DNA from: Balanoglossus misakiensis
Lineage: Eukaryota > Animalia > Hemichordata
Length of the DNA: 64,000 nt
NCBI GenBank assembly: GCA_040954595.2
Contig: CM082577.2
Coordinates: forward strand, 7,651,846-7,715,845
Reading direction: 5' to 3'
The notes under the pieces are model-generated. The model did not search any database. It was not told the origin of the DNA and saw only the letters and a program-made list of their open reading frames with translations. Shown piece by piece: positions 23,480 to 37,800 of this stretch. The position numbers and the translations under genes were made by a program. Each line of letters opens with the position of its first letter. Position 1 is the first letter of the stretch.

Positions 23480-24606
23480 TTTGACAAGTGATATCGAGGC
23501 TCAAGTGGGCCACGAAGGCCAGAGGGCGCTGTTGCATGGATGCTCGTCTGCTGCAGACCACAGTCCCTCAAGAAAAAAGGACCGATTTCTGCACAAGTAT
23601 AAAAGAACGTTCATTTTCGATATAGTTGCCTAACACCTTATATATTGGAGTTAACATACATAGCTTTTGGTAACAGTTATCGAGAAAGAAAAACGTCGAA
23701 AAAAGGGTCAGAAAATAAAGCGGTCCCAGAAACGCCCACAACATGCATGCTACACAGTACATGCAAAGCGAAACCTCCCTTTTTTTAGTCAGCTTTAGCT
23801 GTGTGTTATTATACAACCTTTCACATACACTCCAGAAAAAAGGCAACATGCATATACACTGATCAGACAACAATCACACTATACATGCACTGACTTTCAT
23901 TGCCGTGCCACTGTTTTAATGAACACAGATAGTATGGTTCTGGGTGCAAACAAAGTTTATTAAATTAAGCAAGGAATATGTACAGCCCCAAATTCTTCAC
24001 GTTACTTCATAGTATGCATAAAATCACTGTGAGGGTCTTTGAAACACTACTTCTTTGTTAAAATCATTGATTTATTTCAGAAAGACTGTCACATGATAGG
24101 GGGACTGTGCTTGCATGAAGCACTGCCATGATAAAATTCCTTCAATTTTACTTTCACTGCAAAAATAAAACTCACAACATATCACATTTTGCACTAAATG
24201 AGAAAGCGTTTTTTTTCATGATACAGTTAATAACACTTTAGGGATTACATACATAATTATTGCACACTTTTATGCTTGTTGTGATAGTCACTTATAGCTG
24301 TAGAATTGCGATGTGTCCGTAGCCAGACTGTAAAACATGCTCATCTTAAAATCATGCACTCAATATACCATAATATTAATAATCACATTGTAAATTGCAA
24401 ATATACATGTTTAATATACACTGCCTTTTAAAATAACTCTTTAAAATATTCACTGCAGAGTAAAAAAGAGGCCTTGCAGGCAAGTTTCTTATCTGAATAA
24501 TTAGTCATCGTGAAAATAATACTGGGGCAAAATGTCTTTGACTGACAAACAAGCACAATGATTACATTGCGATTTACACACCATACACTTCAAGCTGTTT
24601 GCATAT

Positions 24607-25276
24607 CTATGAGTTCAACAACACCGCCAACTGTTCAAACTTATGCCTGTTCTGGTAGATGTAACACTGCGTCTCCCACAGCATTTTCACCAGCACAGAA
24701 TCACTGGTCTCATCGAGCTGTACATCAGCCGACAGCTGGGGGCTGAACCTGTAAAACGGCACGTCTATCATGTTACACCACGCCCTACTTCGGTCCACTG
24801 GTCTGTATGCAGATTCTGTCACCTGGAACAAGGAAAGAAAACAAAGTAAACACCTCTACTGAGTCCGGGGGGCCAGTTGACTCACGATACTAAGTACATT
24901 CTTTTATATATTGTGGAGATCTGATATATGTTAAAATTGCCAAGGTAACGCATGTCGAAATTCTCTATATATCTTCAGTATACCCACAAGGATACCACCA
25001 ACTAGAAAACATTTTTTTCTCTCAGACTAAGATTGAGAGGAATGGACAAGCTAGTGTTCTATGATTTGCTTTACACATAACGTATCAAGGATTATAATTT
25101 ATCCCACCTGTTCAATCATCAGTTCAGCCAGGTTTCTGATTCCCAAAATGGACTTTGCAGTATCAATTATTCCGTCTGGTCTCCATATATCTATTCGATT
25201 GAGTTCCTTCAGTGGTACTTTACCAGTGCCTAAGGAAATCACAACTCCAAGCTTCTTCGCCATTTCATCCAAGCCC

Positions 25277-25313
<37 letters not shown>

Positions 25314-28300
25314 GTACCATTATTTTTTTTGCCTGATTTTTGACATGTATGGAGGAAATAATTAAAAGACTGTTATCCTAATGGCCAGTCAATACATGTA
25401 CATGTGTATACTGTTACCAATAGAAAATGCTGATAACCATACCTGTTGCTTTAAATGCATATTGTACTCATGTATTTCGGTCAACACATCTAGCGTTGGG
25501 TTGTTTGCAATAAGTCCACCGTCCAGAAATTTACCCACTGATCTGAAATAAGTAGGGGCCGCCCCACTTGACCTGGCTGCCTTCCAAACAAGTTGGTCTG
25601 AAATGAAAAGTTATTCAAGTTCATTCCGAGCCGGACATGGATTGCTGACTGGAGCTTCTTTTGGGACTCTTGCCAGTCTAGTCAAATGAGTAAAAATGCA
25701 TGCATGGACACTGAAATGTATACTGATCAGAACAGTATAGTAGTTTCTTACCACTCGGCCTTGATGGTAGTTCAAACTTCCCAGATTCCTTTTTGAGCAG
25801 CTGATCAACGGAAGACGTAGGAGGAGCGTCGAAGTTCCTGAAGAAATGCAAAGCTGGGGGATTTCTGTCGGCCAAGACACCGGTCACTAGTACTCTGCAG
25901 TTACAGAAAACGTTATAAGGTTACCAGAAAAAAAGCAAGGAATACAAGGATGGTAGCTGGATAGAGAACTGATTAACCAACTTACTTCGGGTGTTTCACC
26001 GCGTCCATTTTGGTATCTTCTCCAAACTCTTCTTGCATTACTTTTTCTAATGGCTCGGATGCATAGGGTCTTTTGCCCTTGAACACTTCATTCTTGAATC
26101 TGAAGTAGAATCCCTGTATATTCCGTAAGCTGCGACCTGGAATATATAACACGAATGATCATAACAAAAAATAGGTTTTCGTGTTTAATTATCCATGTGT
26201 GGGTTGTGAATTGAGCCATGACAACAGGCATGTTTCTGTGAGTAAAACATCCTAGCCTATCAAAATAAAATACATGAATCGTGCCATCTTTGTCCCTTTA
26301 ATGAGTTCAACACTTACCATGAATAATAGCAAGAGCCAGTATACCCCCAGTACTGGTACCTCCAATCCAGTCGAACAACTCTGTTATGGGTCTCTTGGCA
26401 TACTGCTCTATTGCCAGAAGCAACTGGATGAGAATAAGGCCCCTGATGCCGCCACCATCCAAACAGAGGACAGTGTCGAAGTTTCGCTTCACCATTGCTG
26501 CAGCGCTATCTACTTCATCATAAGTCTTCTCCTCGCTGTTGTTTCTCTTTATGGCCGCTGCAACAACATTCAGTGCTAGGAAGTCGTCATAGGCTGTGAA
26601 GAAAAGATAAACAAGGAATTACTTGGTTTTATATCAAAAAGATGGTATCAACACACTTGTATGTACAGATAGCATGATGAGCATTGTTGGTAAATAGGGC
26701 AGTGAATGTGAATGCATTTAAATGACAATCAGTCGCAATGTGTTTTTTTTTTATGTGTTAACCTTTTACACTGTGACCCTATGTGACCTATGATGTCATT
26801 CAGATTTTTTTTTTCAATCCAGTTCAAGTTCAAAAGGTAAGTACAAGATATTACAAGTTTACCTTGTATAGTTCCACCAACATGCCTGCCCAGTTGCCAC
26901 GACTACGATGCGACTAAACTCTACTCCATTTAAATGTATACACACCTTGGTTTTCAAGACTGACAGTGGGTTGAATTGGATCTATGGGTTCTCCGTTGTA
27001 ATGTCCATCGTGCCTGCACCACTCGTTGCAACTTTTCATCAAAGCATGGCATCTCTGCGCCCCGACCATGTGCAAGGCGTACAATATCTGGTTGCGGACC
27101 TTGTTTCTGGATGAAGTCAAAGCCAGTAAATGTCTTGGAGTGTTGTTTTGGTTGTTTCTGGCATTCACATCTGCACCAAACACAATCAGTGAGTAGACAA
27201 GGTCTAAATCTTCTTGCTGGAATAAGGAGATAAAATAGTTGACATTTCTTTCATTGCTATTACTAGTATTAGATATTATGTATTCACACAAAAATTGATC
27301 TAAGTGTCCACTGTCCACGTTTCCAATTTTATTTGTGGCAAATATGACTTTTATTTTAACTTTTATTATTTAATCTGCAAAAATATGACATACCTGACAA
27401 AAAATACCAGTACATGAATTTTTTTTATATTTCAAATCTTTGTAATTTGTTTGAAATATTAAATGAACTCAAATCTCTCAAATCTAACATGAAATGAGTC
27501 AGCTGTAACAATTTGTACCTGTATAGCAAGATGTAAGGGTGTGCTCCCATTCTGGCCTCTCACGTTGACATCGGCCTCTGCACACAGCAGAGTCATAACA
27601 CAGTCGCGTCGCTTTTTCATCACCATGATGTGCAGTGGTGTGTCTCCTGTTCGACTGACTGCGTCTTTGTTGCAACCGCACCTCAACAAACTCTCGACGT
27701 CGTCCGACGTCCTGGCCCAGTGCAAGACCGTTCCCCCGTAGCGGCCGTCCCTCAGTTCTGCTGCGTGCGGATTCACTTCCAGCAGGGCGGCTATACTCCT
27801 GTGAACAGTTATAAATTGATGCTACAATTATCCACAACAGCTCAAACAAATCTTACAATTGCATTCTCAATGTAAGATTTTCATTATTCAGTATGTTGCT
27901 CGAATTAAGTGATAATGAATATCATTCACACTCATCCATACAGAAAATTTTGTTATACCGGTAAAACTAAATCTTGTTTCAACAACAATAATACAAACAG
28001 AACATATGTACACCTACTTGGGGCTAGCTCCTTTCACTGCATAGTGAATCGGGTAACCAGTGCGACTGATAATGTTGGAATCTGCTCCAGCTCTCAGCAG
28101 GGCACGCGTGTTGGCATATTTATTTTGCAGGCAAGCAATGTGCAGAGGCGTCTCACAGACAAAGTTCTGGATGTTCATTGCTTGAGGATTCACTCTAATG
28201 AGCATCTGCATGACAATAACATCAACTGTAACACACCTCGTGCTTGTGCTGTGCCCTGATTGGCTAGAATTAGTCACATGATAGTAAATTAGAATCATGC

Positions 28301-29484
28301 TATTTTCCCCAGGGAAATAGTCACATCAGCTATTACCTGATCATGTGACTGTCAGGACCTGAGCATGAGTTGTGACTATAAAACACACAACACCTGGCTT
28401 ATTTTCAAGTTTTAACATTGATTGAGATTCCCCAAATACTTTGTAAAATACATGAACCATTCTGACCACTGTACCTCAATGATTTTTTTGTTATCACTGG
28501 ATGCTGCTGAGTGATAGACAGTGTCTCCATTGGCATCAGGAATCCCGGTCTGTGCTCCCAACTCCAGAAGTTCTTCCATGCATTTCAGATTTCCCGTCAT
28601 GCATGCCAGATGTAACGGAGTTCTCTTCATGTCACTCTGTGTGCTGTTCAAAAATCTTTCGGTGCAAGAGAATGACAGTAATATTATACATCATTGCAAG
28701 CATATTGAGGAAAAGTGGGGAAAATATGCAATCATTTTATGATCTGATGGTTACAGCACGCAAAATATCAATAACCCTCACCTGCCAATGTCGTTACTCT
28801 TGAGACAATCCCAAACACCACAGTAGACGGCAATGTGGGCTGTGGTCCAGGATACATGGTCTCTGATGCAGTCGCATAATTTCTGCAGTGTCTTCTCGTT
28901 GTAACAGGTATACGAGGTCAGGTAGATGGGCTGCAGCTTCTGTTGGAGGGTCAGGAACTCTGACCTGGCCTGCGTCAGGTCGGAGAGTCGGAAAATACTG
29001 CAATGTTAAAACATAAAGGTCAGAGGTGAACAAGAAAAATGTTATATTTAAATATATTTGCATAAAAAACACTTAATATTTTCATTTTCTGGCGAATATT
29101 CCAGTTAGGTATTTTTTCTAGGGGGCATTATTATCAAACAAATATGTCACACACAACATTTACCCTTAATTGAAATATACATGATGTTCAACAAGCATTG
29201 AATAGTAGTCCATAAAGTGCAACATTTGTCAAATGAACAGTGTCACTTTATCATTACCTGAAAGGTTTTTGATTCATGGCCGGATTGTAAAGAATACACT
29301 CCAACTGGTTCTTGCCCGGGTCCTTGACTAATTGCAAATGGTTATCTTTGCAAACAACTGTCATGAAGCCGAATCTCTCCGGTCCATCCAGCTGTCTCAC
29401 GGTGTACGCATATGCTGCTGTGAGTGGTATGGCACTAATCAGGTTTCCAACAAAATTGGAGGCCGCTTGCTTAAAAAAATCCAT
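24607..29484 (-). CDS. PLA2G6: Calcium-independent phospholipase A2 beta (85/88 kDa; ankyrin repeats plus patatin domain), multi-exon
   Basis: Ankyrin exons ([21 protein letters not shown]) and patatin motifs DGGGIRG, GTSTG and [14 protein letters not shown] are present. The C-terminus reads [23 protein letters not shown]. Confidence 0.93.
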
Positions 29485-30554
29485 TTCGTCTTGCGTGTCC
29501 TGCCCTTCTTCCGATTATCTTGTTTCTTGTGTCACAACTTTGAAACCATTTCCCTGTTAATTAAAAGCAGATAAACAATGAGTTTTCTTTGCCCATACCC
29601 AACTACATGTACACAATTCTGTCAGAGTAATCGCACTGACAATGCACAGAATTCCATGCTGTTGCAAAGAACAAACCTACCAATGTACAACCAGAGTTTG
29701 TTTTCATGACTGTTAAGTGTTGTCTGGCTCATTGTACGGTGCAGGTGACTGTGTTTCTTTCAATACATATACTACACATTGCGTGCGCCATTGGATAATA
29801 TTTCATATGGGTTTATCAAAGAATATGCTTCTAATCAATCAGCACTCGTGTCATATAATGCGTTTGAGTCCACGAGAGTTTCTGGTTGATTTGATCCAAC
29901 ATTCTCACAGTTATAGTTTGAGTGTAGACTGTGCTACACATAGACCAAGATCTCGGGCCAGCTAGCACAATTGACCCCAATCCCTGGCCCCTCCCACTTC
30001 TCATTCCCCTTCTGAGTTGCATGCGTCTCCCACATGCTTCTGTATGTTTCTACAGGAATGTCACATGTGTAGATAACGTTTTTATTTCATGATGCAAACC
30101 ACACACTGCAACAAGCTGATGTTGGCCACTCGCACAATTCTTCAATTTCTTTATCTTGCTGGAAAAAAAGTTTTTTGAGGGCCACACCCGTCCAAACCAG
30201 CTTGCCCTCCAAAGTCCAATGTGCGGACCAAAACACCACGGCACCTACGAATGAAAACGAGAAATTCTGCGTTCCATGGCCCCACCCATCACGATGGCAA
30301 CAGGAAGATACACCTGCGAAGAATGACTCGTAAGAAACCCCTCCCTAGTTTCCGGGTTGAGAAAACAATTACTTGGTGGGTAATACAGAATTTTAGTTTC
30401 ATTTTGGCATGCAAGCACTGATCGTTGTAGACTGCAGACTAAGACATGGTGCAGTACCGTTGGGCAGGGTATCAACACCGATGTTTCTGCGAGAAAGAAA
30501 TGTGGCCTACCGAAAAACAACAACACTCCACCTGATCTGATCACTTTCGCTTAC

Positions 30555-30960
30555 TCGGCTTGGCACTATCACTACGTGTTTGTCATGCCTTGTATTTACT
30601 TCCTGTCACCGAAACCCGGAAGACTAGTTAGTTTATCCCACAAGTCATTTCGATTGGATGTCCGTATATGGGTCGAGGGGTGGTGAGCGCTGGGGCGAGT
30701 TCTCGTGGTGAGCTTAAACGGTATTAAAAGGCAAGCCTGGTGATATAAAAATTAATTTAAACAAACATTTGAAATACAGATTATTGTGTTGTTCCCGCTC
30801 GTTCAAAAGATTTGGTGATCATTTAGGCGGTTCTCACGGTGCACCTCTCCCTACCAGAAAATGGAGTAGACAGGACAATATTCTGATGAATCAGCAAATT
30901 GCCCGCACACTGATCACGCGTCGATCACTCGCAGGAACTCGAGTCCGAGAATACTAGACA
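30555..30960. promoter_or_regulatory. Probable bidirectional promoter between PLA2G6 (-) and small Maf (+)
   Basis: CpG-rich stretch with ETS-like ACTTCCTG and CCGGAAG (~30598-30622), CCAAT (GATTGG ~30652) and CArG-like CCGTATATGG (~30662). Outward-facing splice donors lie at ~30554 (- strand GTAAGC) and ~31043 (+ strand GTAAGA). Confidence 0.5.
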
Positions 30961-33093
30961 TTGTGTGTGTGTGTGGAGATCCGAGTTCGAAGGTGCGATC
31001 TGAATCACACGGCGATTTGAAATTGTTTCCTGTCTGTTTTAGGTAAGAAGATGATTTCAGAGGATAGGTTACACGTAATATATACTACACACCGGAGCCT
31101 GTAGATCTGCCGCGGCGAGGTTGAATGAACAACGCTCTACGTTCGTTGTGTGCGTGTGTGTATGCGAAAACTCTTTGTTGTGGTATGTTTTGTTTGTACT
31201 ACACTGGTCACACGTGGACCGGTCGCCGTACAAAAAAACGTTGCATCATCATATTTCACAGTATTGGACTTTGTCTTTTCGATATCTCACAATTTTACAT
31301 ATGAAAAAGTCATTTGGGGTGTAGATGAAACTGTAGTGAACAACTCTTTCTGCTTTCTCGTAAGTTTTTGTCTCTTTTTTCCCCATTTTGGCGTTGAATT
31401 TCACCAGTTTTACACTGTTTCATATCATATTTTCACTAAATGCTTCGTTTGCGTCAATTTGTTGTCCTGGTCGCGACATATCATGATAATCGGGAAAGTC
31501 TACTAAGCAGTCAAATTTCACTTGTTCAGCACAAGGCATTATTCGCGCTGATACATTTTTTCGTGAGTTTTCCAACATCCACCCCGCCCTTGTAAGTTGT
31601 AAGCTGTTATCTTCGGAATGGACTGTTTTGTTTCATTTCATGCATTTTTTGTAGATCCATGTTATTATTTGAATAGTTCATATTTGAATGACGGTGATAT
31701 TTGGAAATCCCATAATTTCCTAATATTCTTCATTCAACTTGAAGCAGGTGTGGATGTAAAACTCTGGTATTTATTGTTATAGTACGCACAAGACCAGTTT
31801 TATCAAAGACTTCTCGGGATGATGTTCAATATCAAACACTTGCCTGTGGATCATGTCTATGTGTTCATCATTGACGTACTCTTTTTATAGTATACACACA
31901 CAACCTTTGAGACAGTTGCTGCATACAGCTATATGCAAGACACATTCAAACTTTGTTGCCACGTTCACACCTTTTAATTGCCTTTGTTTGTTGTCTCTAT
32001 TATTACAGACAATTTTGTTCAGCCCTGCCTGTATCTCTTCACAGGTTTTAATAATAGTCAATTTTAATTATAAAAAGGGCTTTGGTCTGTAGTGAGTGCC
32101 TGCAAAACATACTCTCTCGACACGAGGTACAATATTTCATAAGCAGTTTACCACATAAATCATGCCCAGGTCAGCGTAATTACCTCCAAACCTAAAAAAA
32201 AATTGTGGCTCTTACAGTCTTCAGCCCAGAGTCAGGAATCGCATGATGATTCTGAGCACTGGAACATGATTCCACTTCAAATTTGCATGGCTTCTCAGTG
32301 ATTAGTCATGCGGCGAAAGAATTAAAGTATTCAGACCTCTTCCCTACAAAAAATTGTGTTTTGAAATTTTGAAATCGCCAAAAATGATTTAAATTAAATT
32401 AAAGGATTTTTTGGGACAGAATTAATCCCTTTGTTTTTAATACGTTGGCCGGGAAAGCCTCCGTAGTAACACATCAACAAACAAACTGGGTGGAGCACTG
32501 TCTGCCTCGAATTTGATGACTCAGAACTGCCAGACAGTCATATTTCAACCATTCCATTGTCTACAGTCAACGCATTTCCCTGATCTGAAAATCTTGTTAC
32601 AATACTCCCACAGCCTGGACTTCCAAAACATTATGAAAAATCCCAGCTTCTGGAAAAGAAGTTATATAACAAAAGAGAAATCTGATATGATGTAAAAATA
32701 ATTTATATAATGTTAAATGAATAAAAAACAAGAAATTATAGTGAAATTTCAATTGAAATGCGATATGCGAGTGTTGTTATATTTGGTTTCACAGTAAAAA
32801 AAATTACAAATCGAGCAGCTTTTTCCAAATGCTTCCCTGTCATTAAATTAATATGAAATATTATAAGGACACATGTCCTTGATGACTATTGCCTACTTTA
32901 TTACAATTTAAATGTGAAATTGAATTCAAAAATTATAGTAATTGCAGATGAATATGAATTTACGTCATCAGGAAGAATGCAATGAAGCCAATATAGTTTT
33001 TGATGGTATAATATACTAATTTTTTATCTACTTTTTTCTTGTTCTGCAGTTGTTAAATTTTTCCGCTAATTTTCCTGCGAGCAAATTGACATC

Positions 33094-34890
33094 ATGGTTC
33101 GGAAAACAGGGCAAATGGTAAGTAAACCGATGTAGCTGCTTTATTCATGAATTTTAAAATCTTGCATTTTAACAAAACGTGTACATTTTGCAACCACCTA
33201 CAATTACATGTGTACATGACTGCTTAGAAGTCACCCAGAAAACAGCACTGGTTTTAAAATGACATTACCACAGAGAATACTATGACAAAACATTTTTGTA
33301 AAATCAAGTGCAGAATTCACTAGATCTTTATCAGGTTTTATATTTGTCGTCTATGAAAACATTCAAAAATAGACAGGGTAAACCTCAAGGGTAAAATGTG
33401 GCCATGATCACTCAGCCTACTTGTAAAAAAAAATGCTGAGTTAGCATTATCCCACTGTTGTGACCGTGTGCAAGGACATTATGCATGTGTGAAGGGTAAG
33501 CGAATAACAACACAGCTGACCTTTCATATGATGATCTGTTGCCCAGCAGTTTGGTGCTTGTCTAGTCTGGCAACGTTCCAAAAATGACAACAAAAGTGCT
33601 ATTTCTGTTCTGTGAGCTTATGAATATGCAAATAATTAATCCTGTGCCATGAGTTTACCTGTTTATTATGCATAACATAGTCTACTTTATACAAACATGG
33701 GTTTGAAACTTATATTTTTGTACAACACACAGCAGCATAATTATTACAGTAAATGTTTTTACGCGTTTTCAACAACAGCAAAATAATTGGAATGACCTTC
33801 AGTGAAAATGAAATCCATTGTTATGTTAATGGTTGTGTAACTGTGTTTTGTAATTGAGTGACATATATTTATATAGCAAAGTTCACTGTACCAGACTGTG
33901 CTATCAGCATGAGTCAGCATTTTTTTAGGTCATTGACAACAACCTGGTTGTTGCCTTGCCAGTCTGTGCATTGGCAGCATTAGCTCGCATCACTCTCAAA
34001 TTGATCTACAGACTGTACATAGAAAGTGTAATCCGTAGTCTGTGCGGGACCATCATGGTTAAGAGATCAGCGGTTTGTGAATTTTACAATTTCTTACATA
34101 GGTCACTGAGAGTTTACATGTATTGTGAATACTCGCAATGTTGCATCTAAAAGTGCAGACGACAATGTCATACCTCAGCCTGTGTTGTCAGCAGGTGATT
34201 GTTATCAAAATAATGTCTGCTGATTGAGATCGGATGCTAGTTGATTTAAGTTTGAATGCTGGTGGAAAGATTTACTGTCAGCAAGCTGTATTTCCTGATT
34301 TAAACTTCAAACACAGTACTATAATGAATGATTACAGAATCGTTTTTATTTTTTGTGTCACGTAGTCTGCTCACCCCAAGATGCGCATCAAGCAAGAGAA
34401 ACCCCCGGAGATGTCCGACTCGGAGCTCATCGCCCTGACGGTGCGCGATCTCAACAAACATTTGAAAGGCCTGCCGAAGGACGAGGTGCTGCGGCTGAAG
34501 CAGCGGCGGCGGACGCTGAAGAACCGGGGCTACGCCGCCAGCTGCCGGGAGAAGCGGGTGACGCAGAAGGAGCTGCTGGAGATCGAGAAGCGGCAGCTGG
34601 CCGTGGAGGTGGAGAAGCTGCAGCGGCAGAACAGCACCCAGAAGGTGGAGCTGAACGAGCTGCGGCGGAAGTACGAGGCGCTGCTCAGCTTCGCCAAATC
34701 GGTGGACTCGGAGAAGGTGACAATTATGGCCAGCCAGCCCAAGGCGATGGCCTCGGAGATCCAGGTTGTGGCCACGTTCACGGAACAGAACTCGACGACG
34801 GCGGCGGATGGCGACGCGCCCGAGTCCGGCGCGAGCGGAATTGCCATGAACAACATAAATGCAAGCGATTCGGAAAGTAGAACACAATAA
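33094..34890 (+). CDS. Small Maf bZIP transcription factor (MafG/MafK/MafF family); coding exons 33094-33117 and 34366-34890
   Basis: Contains [29 protein letters not shown], the extended homology region [14 protein letters not shown], a SUMO-type IKQE and no activation domain. A short first coding exon MVRKTGQM|GTAAGT splices in phase 0 to CGTAG|TCT. Confidence 0.92.
33434..33446. promoter_or_regulatory. T-MARE-like palindrome in the small Maf intron
   Basis: TGCTGAGTTAGCA has 1 mismatch to TGCTGAGTCAGCA and AT-rich flanks. Confidence 0.5.
33909..33924. promoter_or_regulatory. CNC-small Maf (ARE/NF-E2) site in the small Maf intron
   Basis: ATGAGTCAGCATTTTT is a perfect RTGA(G/C)TCAGCA followed by an A/T tract. 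Confidence 0.55.
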
Positions 34891-37800
34891 GACCAGCTTC
34901 TGTTCTAATGATCAATTGTAATTGTTCCTCAAATAATTTAAGCAAGATATTTTTTACTTGTTGGTTATTCCAGGTTACGTATTCAGTTAACTGTTGAATT
35001 TCGCAAACTCTTGTTGGTTTGTTTTTAACGTATTACCACTCAACTTTTCCATCATCCTTTTAACTTCATCAAATATAACTTATATATTTATCGTTATTAT
35101 TTTTTCATTGTTGTTTCATAATCATAAAGCCCCTGTGTCAAACATTCACGTCAAAAACCCGACTAGCACTTCCATTGTGAAATTTTTAGCCAAAAACGTC
35201 AGTCTGCCACACTGTTGTATGTCCCTAAGCAGTCAGTCTCATTTGTGTGTGGAGGCCAAGGTATTTTATAATTTGTATATGATACGAGATTTCATACTTT
35301 TTTCACATTGATACAAAGAAAATTTAAAGATTTTTTCTACTCGTGCAGTATTTTGATAAATTGTGATGTCCGTCAGATTGACTTCAGAGAAATAATTAGA
35401 CTCAGCCTCATTGAACTTCTGAAGTGTTGAGTCAAACAGTAGCAGCTGTGTGTCCTAATAAAGCTTGTGTCGTTGTTGTCACCAAAACCCTCACCAGAGT
35501 AATAAAAGATTTGGAGAGAGAGAGATGTTATTTTCATATTTTTGATTCATTCCTCCTCCATCTTTGATGCAACTCCAGAAATTTTGGATGACTGTTTTGT
35601 AGCTTTATTATTGAAAAAGAAATTTCTGTATATTTGCCATACAAAACTTACAAAGTATATTTTTCAGAGTAAAAGAAGAAATTTATTGGTAAAATATTTT
35701 AATTATTGGGTTTTCTACATTTAATAAAAAAAAACGTCAAAATTACCGGCAAAATGTGTCAGTAATGAAAACAAAATTTCATTATATATCCATGGTGTTT
35801 GTTTACTTCAAGAAACAAGCTCTTCCATAGGAAACACATCATCTGTGTATTGTATTGCACATAGCCTACTTTACCTAGCAAGTAGAAAAAAAAAACACCA
35901 TCAAGCTGCTGACAGAAATTTTTGTGAACTCAAATCCCATTCACCAGTAACCTCAAATGACCTTATAAGCCTGTTGCTTCTGATTGGATGGGTCAGAGTG
36001 AGACTTGTTTGATTGACAGGTCAAGAAAGGTGCCGGTTGAAATGCCTGCAATTATTTTTACAATGTGTTGAGGTGGTTTTGTAAAAATAAGAGGGTTTAT
36101 GATGTCCAGGCAGACTAAGGTGATACGGGGTTTGCTTAATTGGTAAACTGACCTGTATTAATGCAAAGCTTGTGCTGGTAACATGCCAAGCCATGTTATT
36201 TTTGTCGGTTGTGTTTGATGATGTGCAAGTTGCAATTTTAATGTCACCCAGAGATATTACCCCAGCCTTTTATTTTTTTATTTGTCAATATGTGCAGACT
36301 TGATATATTTTCTCTCCACAAAGCAAAGAGAAAGTGAAATGGAAAAAAAGGTGACTGACAGATGAAGAACAGGATGACTGATAAAGTACATATTTTCCAG
36401 TTAATATAATTTAATGTGGACATGACATGAGACTGTGCTGAGCCTTGCAAGTCAATCCTGGACATTATTCGAATGTTTCTAAGACACGTGACTGCCGGAA
36501 AAAGTGTGCATATTGCTCGAACTCAGAAAGATTCAACCAATCAGTACAGTCTCATAGGGTGATAGAATGTAATTAATACGAATTGAATTAATTTAATCTC
36601 GATGATGCTCTGTACTTGTAGAAAGATGTGAGATTGTTTGTGAAGATGGTTGTGTTTTACTCATCGTCAGACATTTAGTTGATCTGTAGAACGGGTTTCA
36701 CGTCCAACACTGAAAGCACGGTGTGCGGTGTAGTATCTAATTTTAGATGAATATTGTCAACTGGTATGTGGAATACAGTCACCGAGTGGGTTGTATACGG
36801 TTGTATTTGGTGAAGATGTCTGTGGTACACAGTGGTTCAAGTAGGACAGTTTTTGTGGGTCTAGGTGTTTTTGTAACATGAACGTGTTGCTGCCGCCATT
36901 GTGTGGCAGTGACTTTGTATTGAACTTGTGCATGTATACCACACACTGGTTAACTGATATTGAATGTTGTGATGTGAATATTGATACCATTCTTGATTGC
37001 AGAATGTTGGAACGTTCAAACGCAAATGATAATACCGATTCATCACGGACCTATACACCCCCGGTTCCTGTTTGGTACGGCCCAAAGGGGCATGTGGCAA
37101 AAGGGAACAAAGGGTTGATAGTACTATCCACGGGTATTGGTGGTCGGCAGAGGTTGCTGAAACAAGAATTAAATAATGTGTGAATTGTCATCTTCAGCAA
37201 TTAAATTTTTTAGTACAGAAATCGCATGATAGTAGTGTTCAGATTTTGGTTGCTTAGACTTTATAGAAGGTATAATTTAAGATTCCAAGCAGATATTTTA
37301 TTCATATTATATTATTTGCAATTTCTTTTATTACCAAAGCTAGCGTAGGTTTAGCAGTGTGTGCAATAAACTACACTTAGTACCAAATACAAAATTTACT
37401 GGTCTTGTTGTTTGTCATTGACGTAGTTGTTGATTGGCCACCTGAAGTTACTCTGCTGTATAGCGCCCCCAAGCGACACACATTTCCCTTTTGGACTGAG
37501 CACGTTTTCACTGTGGACAGTAGCTAAGTTACGATTGGTGATGGCTCGCTCGCACTTTCAGACTTTTTCTTCAGCTCGATCGCATTGTAGATTCAAAATA
37601 TGCAACGTTTCCAAACCGCAAAGGTGACTATTTGTGACTTCTATTAAAAGCAAGTTTGTAGAATCTGTACCGTATAGGTAATTTATTAATGAATTTGTAG
37701 CTCACCCGATGCACCAATCATCTCAAAGGGTTTCTTATCTACAAGTCCAATTTTGTTTACCACACAACCATGATATCAGTAATTTTTTAGCCCCCCCCCC

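Noticed and set aside
26863-26913. Possible alternative PLA2G6 micro-exon ending at a GTAAAC donor
   Set aside because: It has an in-frame stop or phase mismatch, and the upstream intron would be only ~30 nt.
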